Of a DNA stretch of 64,000 nucleotides, positions 10,009-20,316 are shown in pieces. Location of the stretch: positions 930,001-994,000 of the forward strand of contig OZ025650.1 in NCBI GenBank assembly GCA_964019335.1, given 5' to 3'. The DNA comes from Diplonema japonicum. Taxonomy: Eukaryota > Protista > Euglenozoa: Diplonemea. Both the position numbers and the translations under genes were made by a program. A model generated the notes under the pieces. That model was not told the DNA's origin, did not search any database, and was given only the letters and a program-made list of their open reading frames with translations. Each line of letters begins with the position of its first letter. Position 1 is the first letter of the stretch.

Positions 10009-12504
10009 ATGCCTATTGTCAGAGTGTCCGGTACAAGCCGTCCGTGGCCAGAAGAGCCCAAGCCGAAGAAGTCTTGTTTCCGGCCTGTCAGTGATGAGTG
10101 TGGCGTAAGATCGGCACGTGAGGGGAGTGATTTTGTGCCTGTAAACAAAGGGGTGGTGAAGGAAGTAAGAGAGGTGAAGATAGTGAAGTCGAAGGAAGTT
10201 CCTCAGTCGAAAAAGCAAACCCTATGTGGTGTACGGGGGAAGACCTTTTGCAGCAAAAAGGCACCCCCCAACGAGATTCTCCGCATTGTGGAGGTTCCTG
10301 TACCTGTGGAGATCCCTGTGCACATAGAAGTGCCAGTGGAGGTTCCTGTACCTGTTGAGATCCCTGTGCACATACAAGTGCCTGTGGAGGTTCCTGTGCA
10401 TGTTGAAGTGCCCGTTCCTTTTGAGGTGCATGTGCCCAGCGAAGCACCTGTTCACACCCCCCTTCCCACTTCCCCCGTGCCACGTGACAATGTCATCTTG
10501 TACTCCCATTCCCCACCCCCCATCGTCAGCTGTGCCTCACCGAGTCAAGTGAAGGCGGTCTCATCACCTCTATTTTACCAGGAGTCTGCCTTTGCAGTTC
10601 CCAATCGTTCCTCTCCGAAGACACCTCGTGATGCGAAGCCCCTTTTCGCCAAATCACACCACTCGATCTCTCCAGCGAAGCAGCGCCCACCCCTCTTCAC
10701 AACGTCCGATAACCTTGCCATACCCCGACAGACCACCTCACCCCCTGTGTCTCCTAGACCCCACCTCTCTGCAAGCAGTAACTACGTCGCCACACCTAGG
10801 CGCTCTGAGGCACTAATTGAGCAGTCTTGTCCCTCGTTGTGCGTCTTCCCAGACCCCGTTCCGGCGCGGCCAACATCGCCGAAGCGAGTGCACCTGTTCA
10901 GCCAAAGCAACTCCCTAGCTGTGTCCCCAACTAATCAAAAAGCGGCTGTGGCACGGGAACCCCTGATGTTGTTCACAAAGAGTGACGAGATGGTCCTTAA
11001 GAAGCAGCGTGAAGTGTTGTACCCAAAGGTTGACAGCATAACAGTGCCCAGGGCACGGGAAATAAGAAAGGAGGTAGTACTCTCTTCACACAGTAACTCA
11101 CTTGTTTCGCCCAGAGCCAAAGAAGCAAGGACTGTGCCGAGCATGCCTAGTGTACCGCGGGAAGAAAAGAGAGAAGTTATGTTGTATGGAGACGGTTGTT
11201 CCTTGTCAGTACCCAGGGAAAGAGAAAGGGGGGAAGTTGTTTTATACAGCACCGGCAGCGTGTTGAGAAGAAGAGAAGAAACGAGCCGGGAAGTGGTCCT
11301 GTATGACAACAGCAATGTCCTGTCGGTTCCAAGGAACAGGGAAGTCAGGCAGGAAGTGGTCCTGTATTCAGAGAACCGTAAGTTGCAAGTGAGGAAAGAG
11401 AAGTGTAATCTTGTGGCTCGCAGCGAGGAACTTTCTGTGCCGCGGGAACGGAAGCAGCCAATAAAGCTGTACGAGCAGATGGAGCACAGCCCTGCCCGAC
11501 GCCGTCTTGAGGTGCAGCTCTACGGGCATAGCGAGGAGATGTCGATCGAACGTGAGAAGCCCACGCGAAGTAACACACCTGTGGAGGTATTCTCAACGGT
11601 GTCGTCTGTAGCGCGAGCGTCGCCTACGCCTGTGAGGCAGTTGGAGTACAACGATTACCTTCTGGGTGTGGAGACAGAGTTCAAAACGGTTCCTGAGTCT
11701 TCTAGGGTACCTGATACACCGCCACATGTGTCAAAGGCCATCAGCTCTGCCGAGGAGCGTGTGTACATCCCGCCAAAAATGACGGGGCTGTGGTTGCATG
11801 GTGTGAGGGACGACACGTTCAGGGACAGGCTGCGGCCGTACTTGGTACCAAGGCCAAATCCATTCATTAATGTGCGTGGGCGGGAAGAGGAGGTTCTAGA
11901 CATGTGTTGCAGCACGGACGGGATCGAGGAGGACCTGGTGGCCGCTGCTATGGAGGTGATTGGGGAGGTGAGGGAAATGCAAGGCGTGTGCATTTTGAAG
12001 GCTAAGGCGGGGATGATGCGTGGGCTGGGACTGGACATGTCTATTCAGGACCCGCCAATGTTCGCGGACGAGGAAACGGCGGCTGTGCTGAGCTCGTTGT
12101 GGCAGTTGGACTACCCGCCAGGACAGGCAGAACTGTTCAAGAAGACACTGCGGGATATTATTCAGCTGCTTCTGCCATACCTGAGGCAGGAAGCTCACAG
12201 TGGAAGGTACATTTCCCCTCCGAGGGGCTATAGACGTGATGCTGACGTGAGGATCCTAGCTACCGACCACAAAAAGATCTCCCCCCCTCGATCCAGACAT
12301 CAGTCACAGCTGCAATTGCAGCAGGCACAGAGTAGCACCCCAAGCAGCCTGTTACGTTTCCCATCACCTGTGAAGTCGAAAACACCAATCACCCCCTCTA
12401 CTGCTGCCCCTCATGACTATAAATACATCTCGCCGCTTCACAACCGACATTCTTCCCGAGCCTCTCGAACCCAGACGTCCCGAACTTCTTTCCCTTCTTA
12501 CTAG
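10009..12504 (+). CDS. Repetitive Pro/Val-rich protein with articulin/epiplastin-like VPV repeats
   Basis: Long ORF; likely start MPIVRV at 10009. VEVPVPVEIPVHIEVP tandem repeats and many [LV]LY/FSxSxxLxVPR repeats. Confidence 0.75.
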   Translation: MPIVRVSGTSRPWPEEPKPKKSCFRPVSDECGVRSAREGSDFVPVNKGVVKEVREVKIVKSKEVPQSKKQTLCGVRGKTFCSKKAPPNEILRIVEVPVPVEIPVHIEVPVEVPVPVEIPVHIQVPVEVPVHVEVPVPFEVHVPSEAPVHTPLPTSPVPRDNVILYSHSPPPIVSCASPSQVKAVSSPLFYQESAFAVPNRSSPKTPRDAKPLFAKSHHSISPAKQRPPLFTTSDNLAIPRQTTSPPVSPRPHLSASSNYVATPRRSEALIEQSCPSLCVFPDPVPARPTSPKRVHLFSQSNSLAVSPTNQKAAVAREPLMLFTKSDEMVLKKQREVLYPKVDSITVPRAREIRKEVVLSSHSNSLVSPRAKEARTVPSMPSVPREEKREVMLYGDGCSLSVPRERERGEVVLYSTGSVLRRREETSREVVLYDNSNVLSVPRNREVRQEVVLYSENRKLQVRKEKCNLVARSEELSVPRERKQPIKLYEQMEHSPARRRLEVQLYGHSEEMSIEREKPTRSNTPVEVFSTVSSVARASPTPVRQLEYNDYLLGVETEFKTVPESSRVPDTPPHVSKAISSAEERVYIPPKMTGLWLHGVRDDTFRDRLRPYLVPRPNPFINVRGREEEVLDMCCSTDGIEEDLVAAAMEVIGEVREMQGVCILKAKAGMMRGLGLDMSIQDPPMFADEETAAVLSSLWQLDYPPGQAELFKKTLRDIIQLLLPYLRQEAHSGRYISPPRGYRRDADVRILATDHKKISPPRSRHQSQLQLQQAQSSTPSSLLRFPSPVKSKTPITPSTAAPHDYKYISPLHNRHSSRASRTQTSRTSFPSY

Positions 12505-13434
12505 GCAAGGCAGAAGGGATAGACCGAGTCTACCTTTAGCTTTATTGTTGTTTATTTGCTTCGGGGTTGCCATCATGTGTATTAGCATCCTCTTCTTTTT
12601 CACCCACCTCCCTTCATTGTTTGTTGATTTGTGGGTTTTTCTATCTTTCGTAGTGGTAGAATGACGGAACTTGTGTGCATTTTTAAATGGAGAATTTCTA
12701 AATGGGGGGGGGTCAAAAATTGTGCCCATGGCATTTGATGCCTTCCTACGAAATGCCCAGAGGGTTCTTGATGCGGTTTGGGGAAGTAATAGGGCTAATG
12801 TTCCGATGGTGGCAGTGCTGATAGGTATAGTTCCGAGCAGCTCGTCTGGACTAGCAGTGCTGTCGATAGTGCTCCTAAATGTCCATGGGTGCCGCGCACT
12901 ACACCACTACACTGACGCATTAAACGAGTCTTGGCAATATACTTGAAGAAGATAGCGATGAGGTAACAATTATCGAAACCACTCGTACTACGGACGGATA
13001 GTGGCATTTGGCTGCCAGGCAGAAGTTGCACACATCTCCACGATGTCCAGCCGGTGCTAAGCTGATCTTGGGGTTTGTTTCATCAAAAAACCGGCATCGG
13101 GGCACAATTTGACCCCCTACTTACCCCAAGTGATACGATGGACCTTGTCAGCCGAACCCTCACGTGTAGTATTCTCTTCGTTTTTCTTCAGGTGTGATCA
13201 CGGCCATCTTTTATTTTCTTGTTTATCTTTCATTCTTCTTTTCCTCTTGCCCTGCTCCTTTTTTGATTCACCTTCCTTTTATGGAAGAGTGGGAAAAAAA
13301 GGCCGAGCGAGGGAGGATGGAACTTTTTGTTCGTGGACTTGCACTGTAATATTACTTGACTCCCCCTTCCCAACCTCCTGTTAGAATTCCTGTACAAATT
13401 TTAAAGCACTTTATTTTTTGGTACCAATACTCCC

Positions 13435-13773
13435 ATGCTCCCTTTAGCCCGCAGGAACACGCACATGACAGCACCGGCATTCTGCGATGCTGTGGATCTC
13501 GCTAAGTCATTGTTAGACATTGAGTACTTGACAGATTCCTTTAGGCAGGTGATCGCAGGGCGGCTCACCCCCGCTGTTGACCACAGGGACCTGGACATCC
13601 AGATATCTACAAAAACGAAAACCATTGGTATTAAGAACGGTGTGGAGGCTGTTGTGTCGGGACGGCTTCTTACTAGTGAATCGGTCACCTTCTCCGCCAC
13701 TTTCCTCTGCCAGAAGCACGCTGCGCTCACTCCCAGTTGGGTTATTACTGTGTCTGCATTCACTCAGAACTAA
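13435..13773 (+). CDS. Hypothetical 112-aa protein
   Basis: + strand ATG ORF with balanced composition between T-rich spacers. Confidence 0.4.
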   Translation: MLPLARRNTHMTAPAFCDAVDLAKSLLDIEYLTDSFRQVIAGRLTPAVDHRDLDIQISTKTKTIGIKNGVEAVVSGRLLTSESVTFSATFLCQKHAALTPSWVITVSAFTQN

Positions 13774-13881
13774 ACCTGATTCCTATCCTCACTGAGCCGC
13801 TAAAGCAATTTTCCCCTAGCTGAGTTTCGTATTAATTTAGTAAAATTCTTTACCATCTTTACATTCCCAGTACAGTGCAGC

Positions 13882-15537
13882 ATGTCCGTGACCGACGAGG
13901 ATGTGAAGGCTGCTCTTGAGTCAGGAGCCTGGACTGAGAAGACAGATAAGAAAACGGGGAAAACATATTATGTGAACAAAGCCACAAAGAAGACCTGCTG
14001 GGATCTGAAGAAGGAGCTTGCAAAGTCGAAGGGGGGTGATGCAAAGGAAGACGAGAAGAAAAAGACGGATAAAAAAGAAGAAAAAGCAAAGCCCGAGAAG
14101 AAGGAAGCTAAGAAGGAGAAAGAGAAGGAACCAAAAAAGGAGAAAGAGAAGGCGGAGAAGAAAAAAGAGGAGAAGTCAGAGCCTGCTGAGGCGGACCGCG
14201 AGAGCGTGGCTTCAGCGGCGAAGCCGACCAATTCATCGAGCAGACCCAAGCGGGGGAGCATGGTGTCCAACGTGTCACATGCAAGCAACGTGAGTAGGAT
14301 GTCAGCGGCAACGGAGCGCACCATCGGCGGCGAGGTGCAGCCGTACACGCCCATTATCATGCGCAGTGACAACCCGCACAAAGGGAAGTACATGACAGCC
14401 GTGACCCTCGAGGTCGCCTCAAAGGGTGTCGTCGACGGCCCTGACATGGTCTACGGCTTTACTGAAAAGGAGGTCAAGCTCGCAGCCTCTTTACGCAGAG
14501 AGCAAATGCGGCAGAAGTACTACGACAGGATGTCCCTGCGTTCGTACATGGACGACAGACAAGGCGGACCTCGCTCTGGCAGCTTAGTCGAGGCGGCCGA
14601 CTACTGGGATGGCGACATGTTGCACGGCGGCGGCCTGCCGTGTCCCGACACACGCCGCTATATCGCACCTTCCAACATGTCACAAGTTACGGACGACGGT
14701 GGTAAGGACGGAGCACTCCGTGCGGCGTCTGCGTGTGGGGACGCATCTGGTGTGTTGCGACTGCTGAAGGAAGGCGGGGTGAGGGTCAATGAACCAAGGC
14801 AAGACGGGAAAACTGCCTTGCATCATGCTGCCCGACACGGACATCTTGAAGTGATCGAGATTCTTTTAGAGGCAGGCGCCGACCCTTTGCGGCCTGATAT
14901 GAAGGGGCGCACCGCAGTGGACATGGCTGCGCAGTTTGGACAGCGTGGTGCTGTGTCATTACTGGAGAACAGAGGAGGAGGAAGCCCAGGGAGGGTACGG
15001 CACCACTGGCATTGCTCGCCAGACAGGTTGTCGCCAAGGTCTGCGACGAGAGAGCCTAGTGGCACAGTGTACCCCACTGCATACCCAAACCCTGTAGAGA
15101 CAAGGAGGCAGCTTACGGAAGACGTGACGGAGGCCATGAGCGGGATGTCAATGCTCGTGAAGGGGTGGATAAATGACTGGGGAAAGCATCCACAGGAGTC
15201 CATCGGGTATCCCCAAGGTTACAGGGAATACAGGAGAGGACCTCAATACGACCTGCCTAGCGAAACACAGAAGCACCCGGCCGGCCGTATTTCGCCGCCA
15301 AGGAACCCTCGCAGTCCTGGGATCCTGGACGAGCTTACCGCACACATATGGGCAGCAGCCAACAACGGCCCCCAACCAACGAACATAGACACGCCTCCTG
15401 CACCACCTCCTGCCCTTGGAGCTACTACCCCAACACCTATAAGATCCTGGGGGCCTGCTGCAGACACACCTCCTCGGGCACCTCAGTATCCTGCGGCACA
15501 GGCTTACTTGCTGCCTTCTGACGGTATTGATATATAG
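13882..15537 (+). CDS. WW-domain and ankyrin-repeat protein
   Basis: WTEKTDKKTGKTYYVNKATKKTCWD (WW), a Lys/Glu-rich linker, and GKTALHHAARHGHLEVIEILLEAGAD (ankyrin). Confidence 0.85.
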   Translation: MSVTDEDVKAALESGAWTEKTDKKTGKTYYVNKATKKTCWDLKKELAKSKGGDAKEDEKKKTDKKEEKAKPEKKEAKKEKEKEPKKEKEKAEKKKEEKSEPAEADRESVASAAKPTNSSSRPKRGSMVSNVSHASNVSRMSAATERTIGGEVQPYTPIIMRSDNPHKGKYMTAVTLEVASKGVVDGPDMVYGFTEKEVKLAASLRREQMRQKYYDRMSLRSYMDDRQGGPRSGSLVEAADYWDGDMLHGGGLPCPDTRRYIAPSNMSQVTDDGGKDGALRAASACGDASGVLRLLKEGGVRVNEPRQDGKTALHHAARHGHLEVIEILLEAGADPLRPDMKGRTAVDMAAQFGQRGAVSLLENRGGGSPGRVRHHWHCSPDRLSPRSATREPSGTVYPTAYPNPVETRRQLTEDVTEAMSGMSMLVKGWINDWGKHPQESIGYPQGYREYRRGPQYDLPSETQKHPAGRISPPRNPRSPGILDELTAHIWAAANNGPQPTNIDTPPAPPPALGATTPTPIRSWGPAADTPPRAPQYPAAQAYLLPSDGIDI

Positions 15538-15757
15538 TCCCCCGCTTGGGAGGACCAGTACTGTATGCATCGTCCCTTTCCTAGATTCGTCGAGGGTTCG
15601 TTTTTTCTCCCCCATTTTGTACATCTTGTGTTTTGTTTTTGTTTTGTATTTTTTTTATGTGTCCTTGTCCCACTTCATGGTGATTCATCTCAGGCCTCTG
15701 GAAAAAAAAGGAAGAAAAGGGTGCGATGGGAAGGTGAAGATTGCAACTGATGACGCG

Positions 15758-16753
15758 ATGAACTTCCATGGTGAATTGATACCTGAGGCGTGCGAGGTGG
15801 TGTGTTTGGATGACGTGAACAATGGAATGCCGCTGCACGGGTGCACGGTGGACGGGTGGATGGTCCCGTGCCATGGGGGGGACTTGCTATTAATAAGGAA
15901 GGATTGTATTTTGAAGAGTTTCACGCACTGGAAGCTCCCGAAATTCGTGCCTAATGTTGATTTGAAGATCAGGTGTTCTGTTCATGTCGATGTCATTGCA
16001 GCTGTGCATCCCTTGAACCCCAATTTTTTGCCTGGTTGTTTCAAGAGAGCACTGATCACAGGGAGCTACAGCAGGGTCTTGGCAGCGACAAGGGAACGCG
16101 TTAAGAGCCAAGATTTCTACCGCTTTTACCACGCCAGGTTCAAGCCGGGCGACCACACCATCGTTCAACAGGACCCCATAGGTATTGGCCGCAACGTCTA
16201 TACCCTATTTGCTCGTCCTGCAGACCCCTCTCTTGAGGTGAAGTACATTCCTGACGATTTTGAACAACCCAAAACATATCCAGCTTGGTTGAAGCCGAAC
16301 AAGAAGATAGAACTACCGGCTATTATGTGCCTTCCCAAGTCCACACCCCAGTCTCATTCAGAGAAGTTGCTTCTTGACATCAGGCCCAACGTGTCGGCTA
16401 TTATGGGCATCACGCTGAGCCCGACGCCGCCTGAGCCGGGCTGCCTAGGCCTAGGGTGTGTATGCTTGGGAGGGTGTAACTAAAACAAAAGGAAGAATGG
16501 AAAAAAAAAAAAAAACAGTAAACAAGCCCCCCGTCAACCCATAAAGGGCGAAGAACTTGCCCCACAACAACCTCCTGGAAAAAAGGCCTCCTCCCCCCGT
16601 ACCTCTGCTACAGTCATTCCAGTAGTTCCGATTAGCCCGACCACTCCAAAGCGCCTCCTTCCCTCGTCTTCCTGTGCTTATTCGGAACAGGCCCCAAGAT
16701 GGGGGAAACTTGATATAACCAAATTCTCAGCGAAACCTAACGCGGGGACATGA
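15758..16753 (+). CDS. Hypothetical protein; exons about 15758-16473 and 16519-16753
   Basis: ORF 15527-16483 plus a 45-nt intron (16474-16518) joining a 78-codon Pro-rich frame that ends TGA 16751-16753. Start uncertain. Confidence 0.55.
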
Positions 16754-17514
16754 TCAAAGATATATCTGCAATGTGGTGTCCTTTTTCTTATGTTTTGGAC
16801 CCGGGGTGCGATCACTTCAAACTTAGACACAGCCATATTTTAAAGAAAAAATTAAAAAGAAAGTTTACACCAATTCAAGAAAAAAGAAGATACGAAGAAA
16901 GTTTTGTCTATTCTAGTTTTTATCTCCTTCCCCCCCCCCTTTTTTTTTGCTCTGCTTTTCATACTATTCATGACTGAAAAATCTTTGTGGAGATAGAAAT
17001 AATATTGCATTAGTTTTTTTTTTTTGTCGGGTTTTTGAAAATAGAAGAGAACGGGGGTGGGGGGGAGTAGGGAATAAATAAACAGGCAGCGAGCACCTAG
17101 GGAGTGAAACGAGGAGATTACATTGAAGAAGGGAGGAAGTTAAAAGGGATTCACCTCTTCTTAGCTGCAACGAGGGTAAACTAGGTTGTCCCTTTTGTAA
17201 TGAGAATGTTCCGTGAAGGGGAGAAAAGCTGCCTTTGTGCGCTGTCCCTTATTTTGGGTGCGTGTCAGGTTGCACCCAATTCTTGTGGATATTCCTTTCA
17301 TCTCTCCTGTTTTTCTGTTCTATTTCTTCCCGTTACGGGCTGCATGCAACTAAAAGAGGGGTGGGTGGGGTAAATAAACAGGCAACCAAATAAGTGCAGC
17401 AAAATTTGGGTCACAATGATAAGGGAACCTGGGAAAGACGGGAAAGGGAAGCAATGAAAATTGAGGGGGGGGGGGGGGGGGGGGGTTCCTTTTTTTCCCC
17501 GTTTTTTTTTTCAG

Positions 17515-18030
17515 CTCGGGGCGACGAGTGGGATACTGCGGATGTACGCGGAGTCGCTGTTGAAATGGATGTCGGAGCTAAGATGGGTTAAAGAAGACAC
17601 GACGTCGGAGGTGACGGCGGTGGAGTTAGCCCTAGACTTCGAAGCGACGACACGAAGATCGCTGGGAGTGACGCAGGAGGAAAAGGCGCGAAGGATCAAG
17701 AAACTGATCCAAAAAGTGAACGACAGGTGCGCATTACAAGGAAAGAAAAAGCCTTTCCCGGCGAAGAACAAAACGAGAGTGAAGTCCCTCATGGCAATAG
17801 GAGGGAAGGCGGCGATAGGCTTTGCAAGGAGACCGATCTTCGCCTCACGAGAAACCCAGGACAGGCTTAAAGAGCTGAAAACCAACCTGAAGAAGGACCG
17901 CATCAACCGTCTGCGAAAGACACTGGTATCCGCCATCGGAACGAAAGCGAGGCTCCAAAAGGGAAGCATCAAGAGATAGACCCCCACCCCCCCCTAAGGG
18001 TAGTCCTCGAGTGGGATTTGCCCTTAAACA
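17515..18030 (+). mobile_element. 5'-truncated non-LTR retrotransposon (LINE) 3' remnant
   Basis: Purine-rich ORF fragment without a proper start (WMSELRW...VTAVELALDFEATT...L), resembling C-termini of protist LINE ORFs from memory. Followed by a hairpin aagggtagtcc...ggatttgccctt. Confidence 0.4.
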
Positions 18031-18346
18031 TCGCCTTTTTTTCAAGTGAGCATCCTGCACACTGAAACAAAATTTATCGAATTTTTTTTCTCCCTTCATA
18101 TATTTGTCATACCCCACCGCCCTTTTCTTCGATACCACCGCAGTGGCGGCCTTATGAAGCGTAAGGTTTTCTTCTTTTTTTCGCACTGACCCTGAGCAGA
18201 CAGAAGGGGTTTTGTCGAGAGACTCCTTTGGACTGTGGACAGGTCTGCGCCCCTTCTTTCTGTGCTTTCTCAGGCAACCCTATTATCCCACCCTTTATTT
18301 CATGTACAGAATAGAAACCGTATTTCCCTCCTCAGCCGATGTAACG

Positions 18347-19807
18347 ATGACTTTGGCATCCAAGTACCAGCTGCTGCAAGCGCCCCGTCGCAGCAGCACG
18401 TTCATCGTGAATAGCAGCGACTTGTTCAGAGCACCCAACAAAACAGCGAGTGAACTTTTAATAAGATGGGTCAAAAAAGGGAAGCTGGATCAGAGACATT
18501 TCATCAGAGCTTTTTCAGTAATGTGCAAGCAACGGGTGCCATCCGACCATAAGGTGTACCATGTGCTGGGAGAGGGGATTATGAATGAAATGTGGAGCCT
18601 GTACAACTGTTCGCAACTGCTGAACGCGCTTGCCATGCAGCGTGCTGTGGACCACCCGCTTGTGGACCATGCATTGTGTATCATCGCCACGAAAACGGGT
18701 GAAATTGACCTCAAGTGCTGGAGTAACATCTTCCATTCCTGTGCTGTCCTGCAGGCCCCTCTCTCTCCCGAGCTTACAAACAGCTTCGTTGCCGCTCTTG
18801 AAGCATCTATGCAGTCAGAGGACTTGTCCCGCATACCTGATAGCTTCTTAAACAGCGCCATACAAGGTGTCTACCATTACGGTGCCGTGTCTCCAACTCT
18901 GCTCCCCAACCTGGAGAAGTGGGTGTCCCTCGGCAAGCAGAGTGATAAGGTGCGTCACCAAATCGCAGCGCGCCTTGCTGTACTTGGATGCACGTCCGTG
19001 CCTTTAATCACCAAAATCGTCGGAGGCATCCTGGACCAAAGGCTCACACAGTACACATCGCGCGAAGTCAGCAAAGCACTTCTGCTGCTGAACAACGTGG
19101 CAACAATACACCCTTCAGGGCGGTCCTTTGTTGACCATGCATTGAACAAGCTCTGCAGTCCCGTCGTGCTGCCTAGTATGAGCTATAAAAGACTTAACGA
19201 TGTATTGTGGAAGGCGCGGTCTATATGTGGCATCGGATGCAGGATAAAGGTGGAGAAGCTTCTTGGTCTGCTGCATGACATGCCGAAGCTTAACTCAGTT
19301 GAGGACCACAACGCTGCAGCTCAGCTGCTGAACGTCACCATGCTGATCGGTCTAAGCAAAGCTCCGTTCGTCCTCCGTTTGGTCCAAGAGCTCGACCCGC
19401 ATGTCGTTGACGCGGTGAGTGCTTCACACGCCTTGGCTCCGCTGATTATATCTCACGACCCACCTTCCTCTTCAGTCCTGATCTTTCTTTGCAAGGTTTT
19501 ACAAGACCCAGTCAAGTCCGACAAAACAGAAAGAGCCGTAGATGTGGCGATGAGCTGGCTGCGTGAAAAATACCCTGGTGACTTCCTCATAAACGGCCCT
19601 ACAGCCACCTCAATTGAGGGCCTGCTAAATAGTATTTCGGGTGAAAAAAGCAACAGGTTCAAGCCAGGGAAGCCCCCACGGTTTTCTGCGGAAGAAAGGT
19701 CACACCACAAAGCAAGGAAGCCGTGGGACCCGCAGCCCACCGACAGGACGGTGTACACGAGGAAAAAGATTCGCGTGTGGTTGGAAGAAATGGATAGATT
19801 GGTTTGA
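18347..19807 (+). CDS. Helical-repeat (HPR/PPR/RAP-like) putative organellar RNA-binding protein
   Basis: About 37-aa Leu-rich helical repeats (SQLLNALA, SNIFHSCA, SKALLLL); basic N-terminus. Confidence 0.6.
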   Translation: MTLASKYQLLQAPRRSSTFIVNSSDLFRAPNKTASELLIRWVKKGKLDQRHFIRAFSVMCKQRVPSDHKVYHVLGEGIMNEMWSLYNCSQLLNALAMQRAVDHPLVDHALCIIATKTGEIDLKCWSNIFHSCAVLQAPLSPELTNSFVAALEASMQSEDLSRIPDSFLNSAIQGVYHYGAVSPTLLPNLEKWVSLGKQSDKVRHQIAARLAVLGCTSVPLITKIVGGILDQRLTQYTSREVSKALLLLNNVATIHPSGRSFVDHALNKLCSPVVLPSMSYKRLNDVLWKARSICGIGCRIKVEKLLGLLHDMPKLNSVEDHNAAAQLLNVTMLIGLSKAPFVLRLVQELDPHVVDAVSASHALAPLIISHDPPSSSVLIFLCKVLQDPVKSDKTERAVDVAMSWLREKYPGDFLINGPTATSIEGLLNSISGEKSNRFKPGKPPRFSAEERSHHKARKPWDPQPTDRTVYTRKKIRVWLEEMDRLV

Positions 19808-19879
19808 TACTGCATTGGACCTTTATTTTTCTGCTGTTGTGCACAAATCAGACATCACAGGCCTGGGTGTCGGGTAATA

Positions 19880-20248
19880 ATGGCTAGACCTACCGCTGGC
19901 GGTGTGGCGAGGCCGCCTGAGAAGGGATCGTTCCCTTTGGATCATTTGTCTGAGTGCAGACCTACCATAGAAGAATATTACAGGTGCATGGGTATTCACG
20001 ATAATCTGGCACCAAAGTGCAGGGAAGAGGCGAGGACGTACCTGCAGTGCAGGATGGATAAGGACCTCATGGCTAAAGAGGCGACGTCGAAGTGGCTTCC
20101 TCACACAGAATTCACAGACCTGAGACACCTCAAAGTAGAAGAGAGAATACAAAACTCGGAGGACATCACACCCCTGATGATGGCTGTGCGCTTCCGTACC
20201 GAGCCTGATGGCTTCGAACGAGAAAAAAAAGTAAAGAAAGATGAGTGA
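19880..20248 (+). CDS. COX19: Cytochrome c oxidase assembly factor COX19
   Basis: PPEKGSFPLDH, twin CX9C motifs, YLQCRMDKDLM. Confidence 0.93.
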   Translation: MARPTAGGVARPPEKGSFPLDHLSECRPTIEEYYRCMGIHDNLAPKCREEARTYLQCRMDKDLMAKEATSKWLPHTEFTDLRHLKVEERIQNSEDITPLMMAVRFRTEPDGFEREKKVKKDE

Positions 20249-20316
20249 TGTGGCAATAAGCCGCTGTCGTTCTTTTAGTTCGGTACCGCCTCCTAACTTC
20301 ACTACAGGAATGACAA

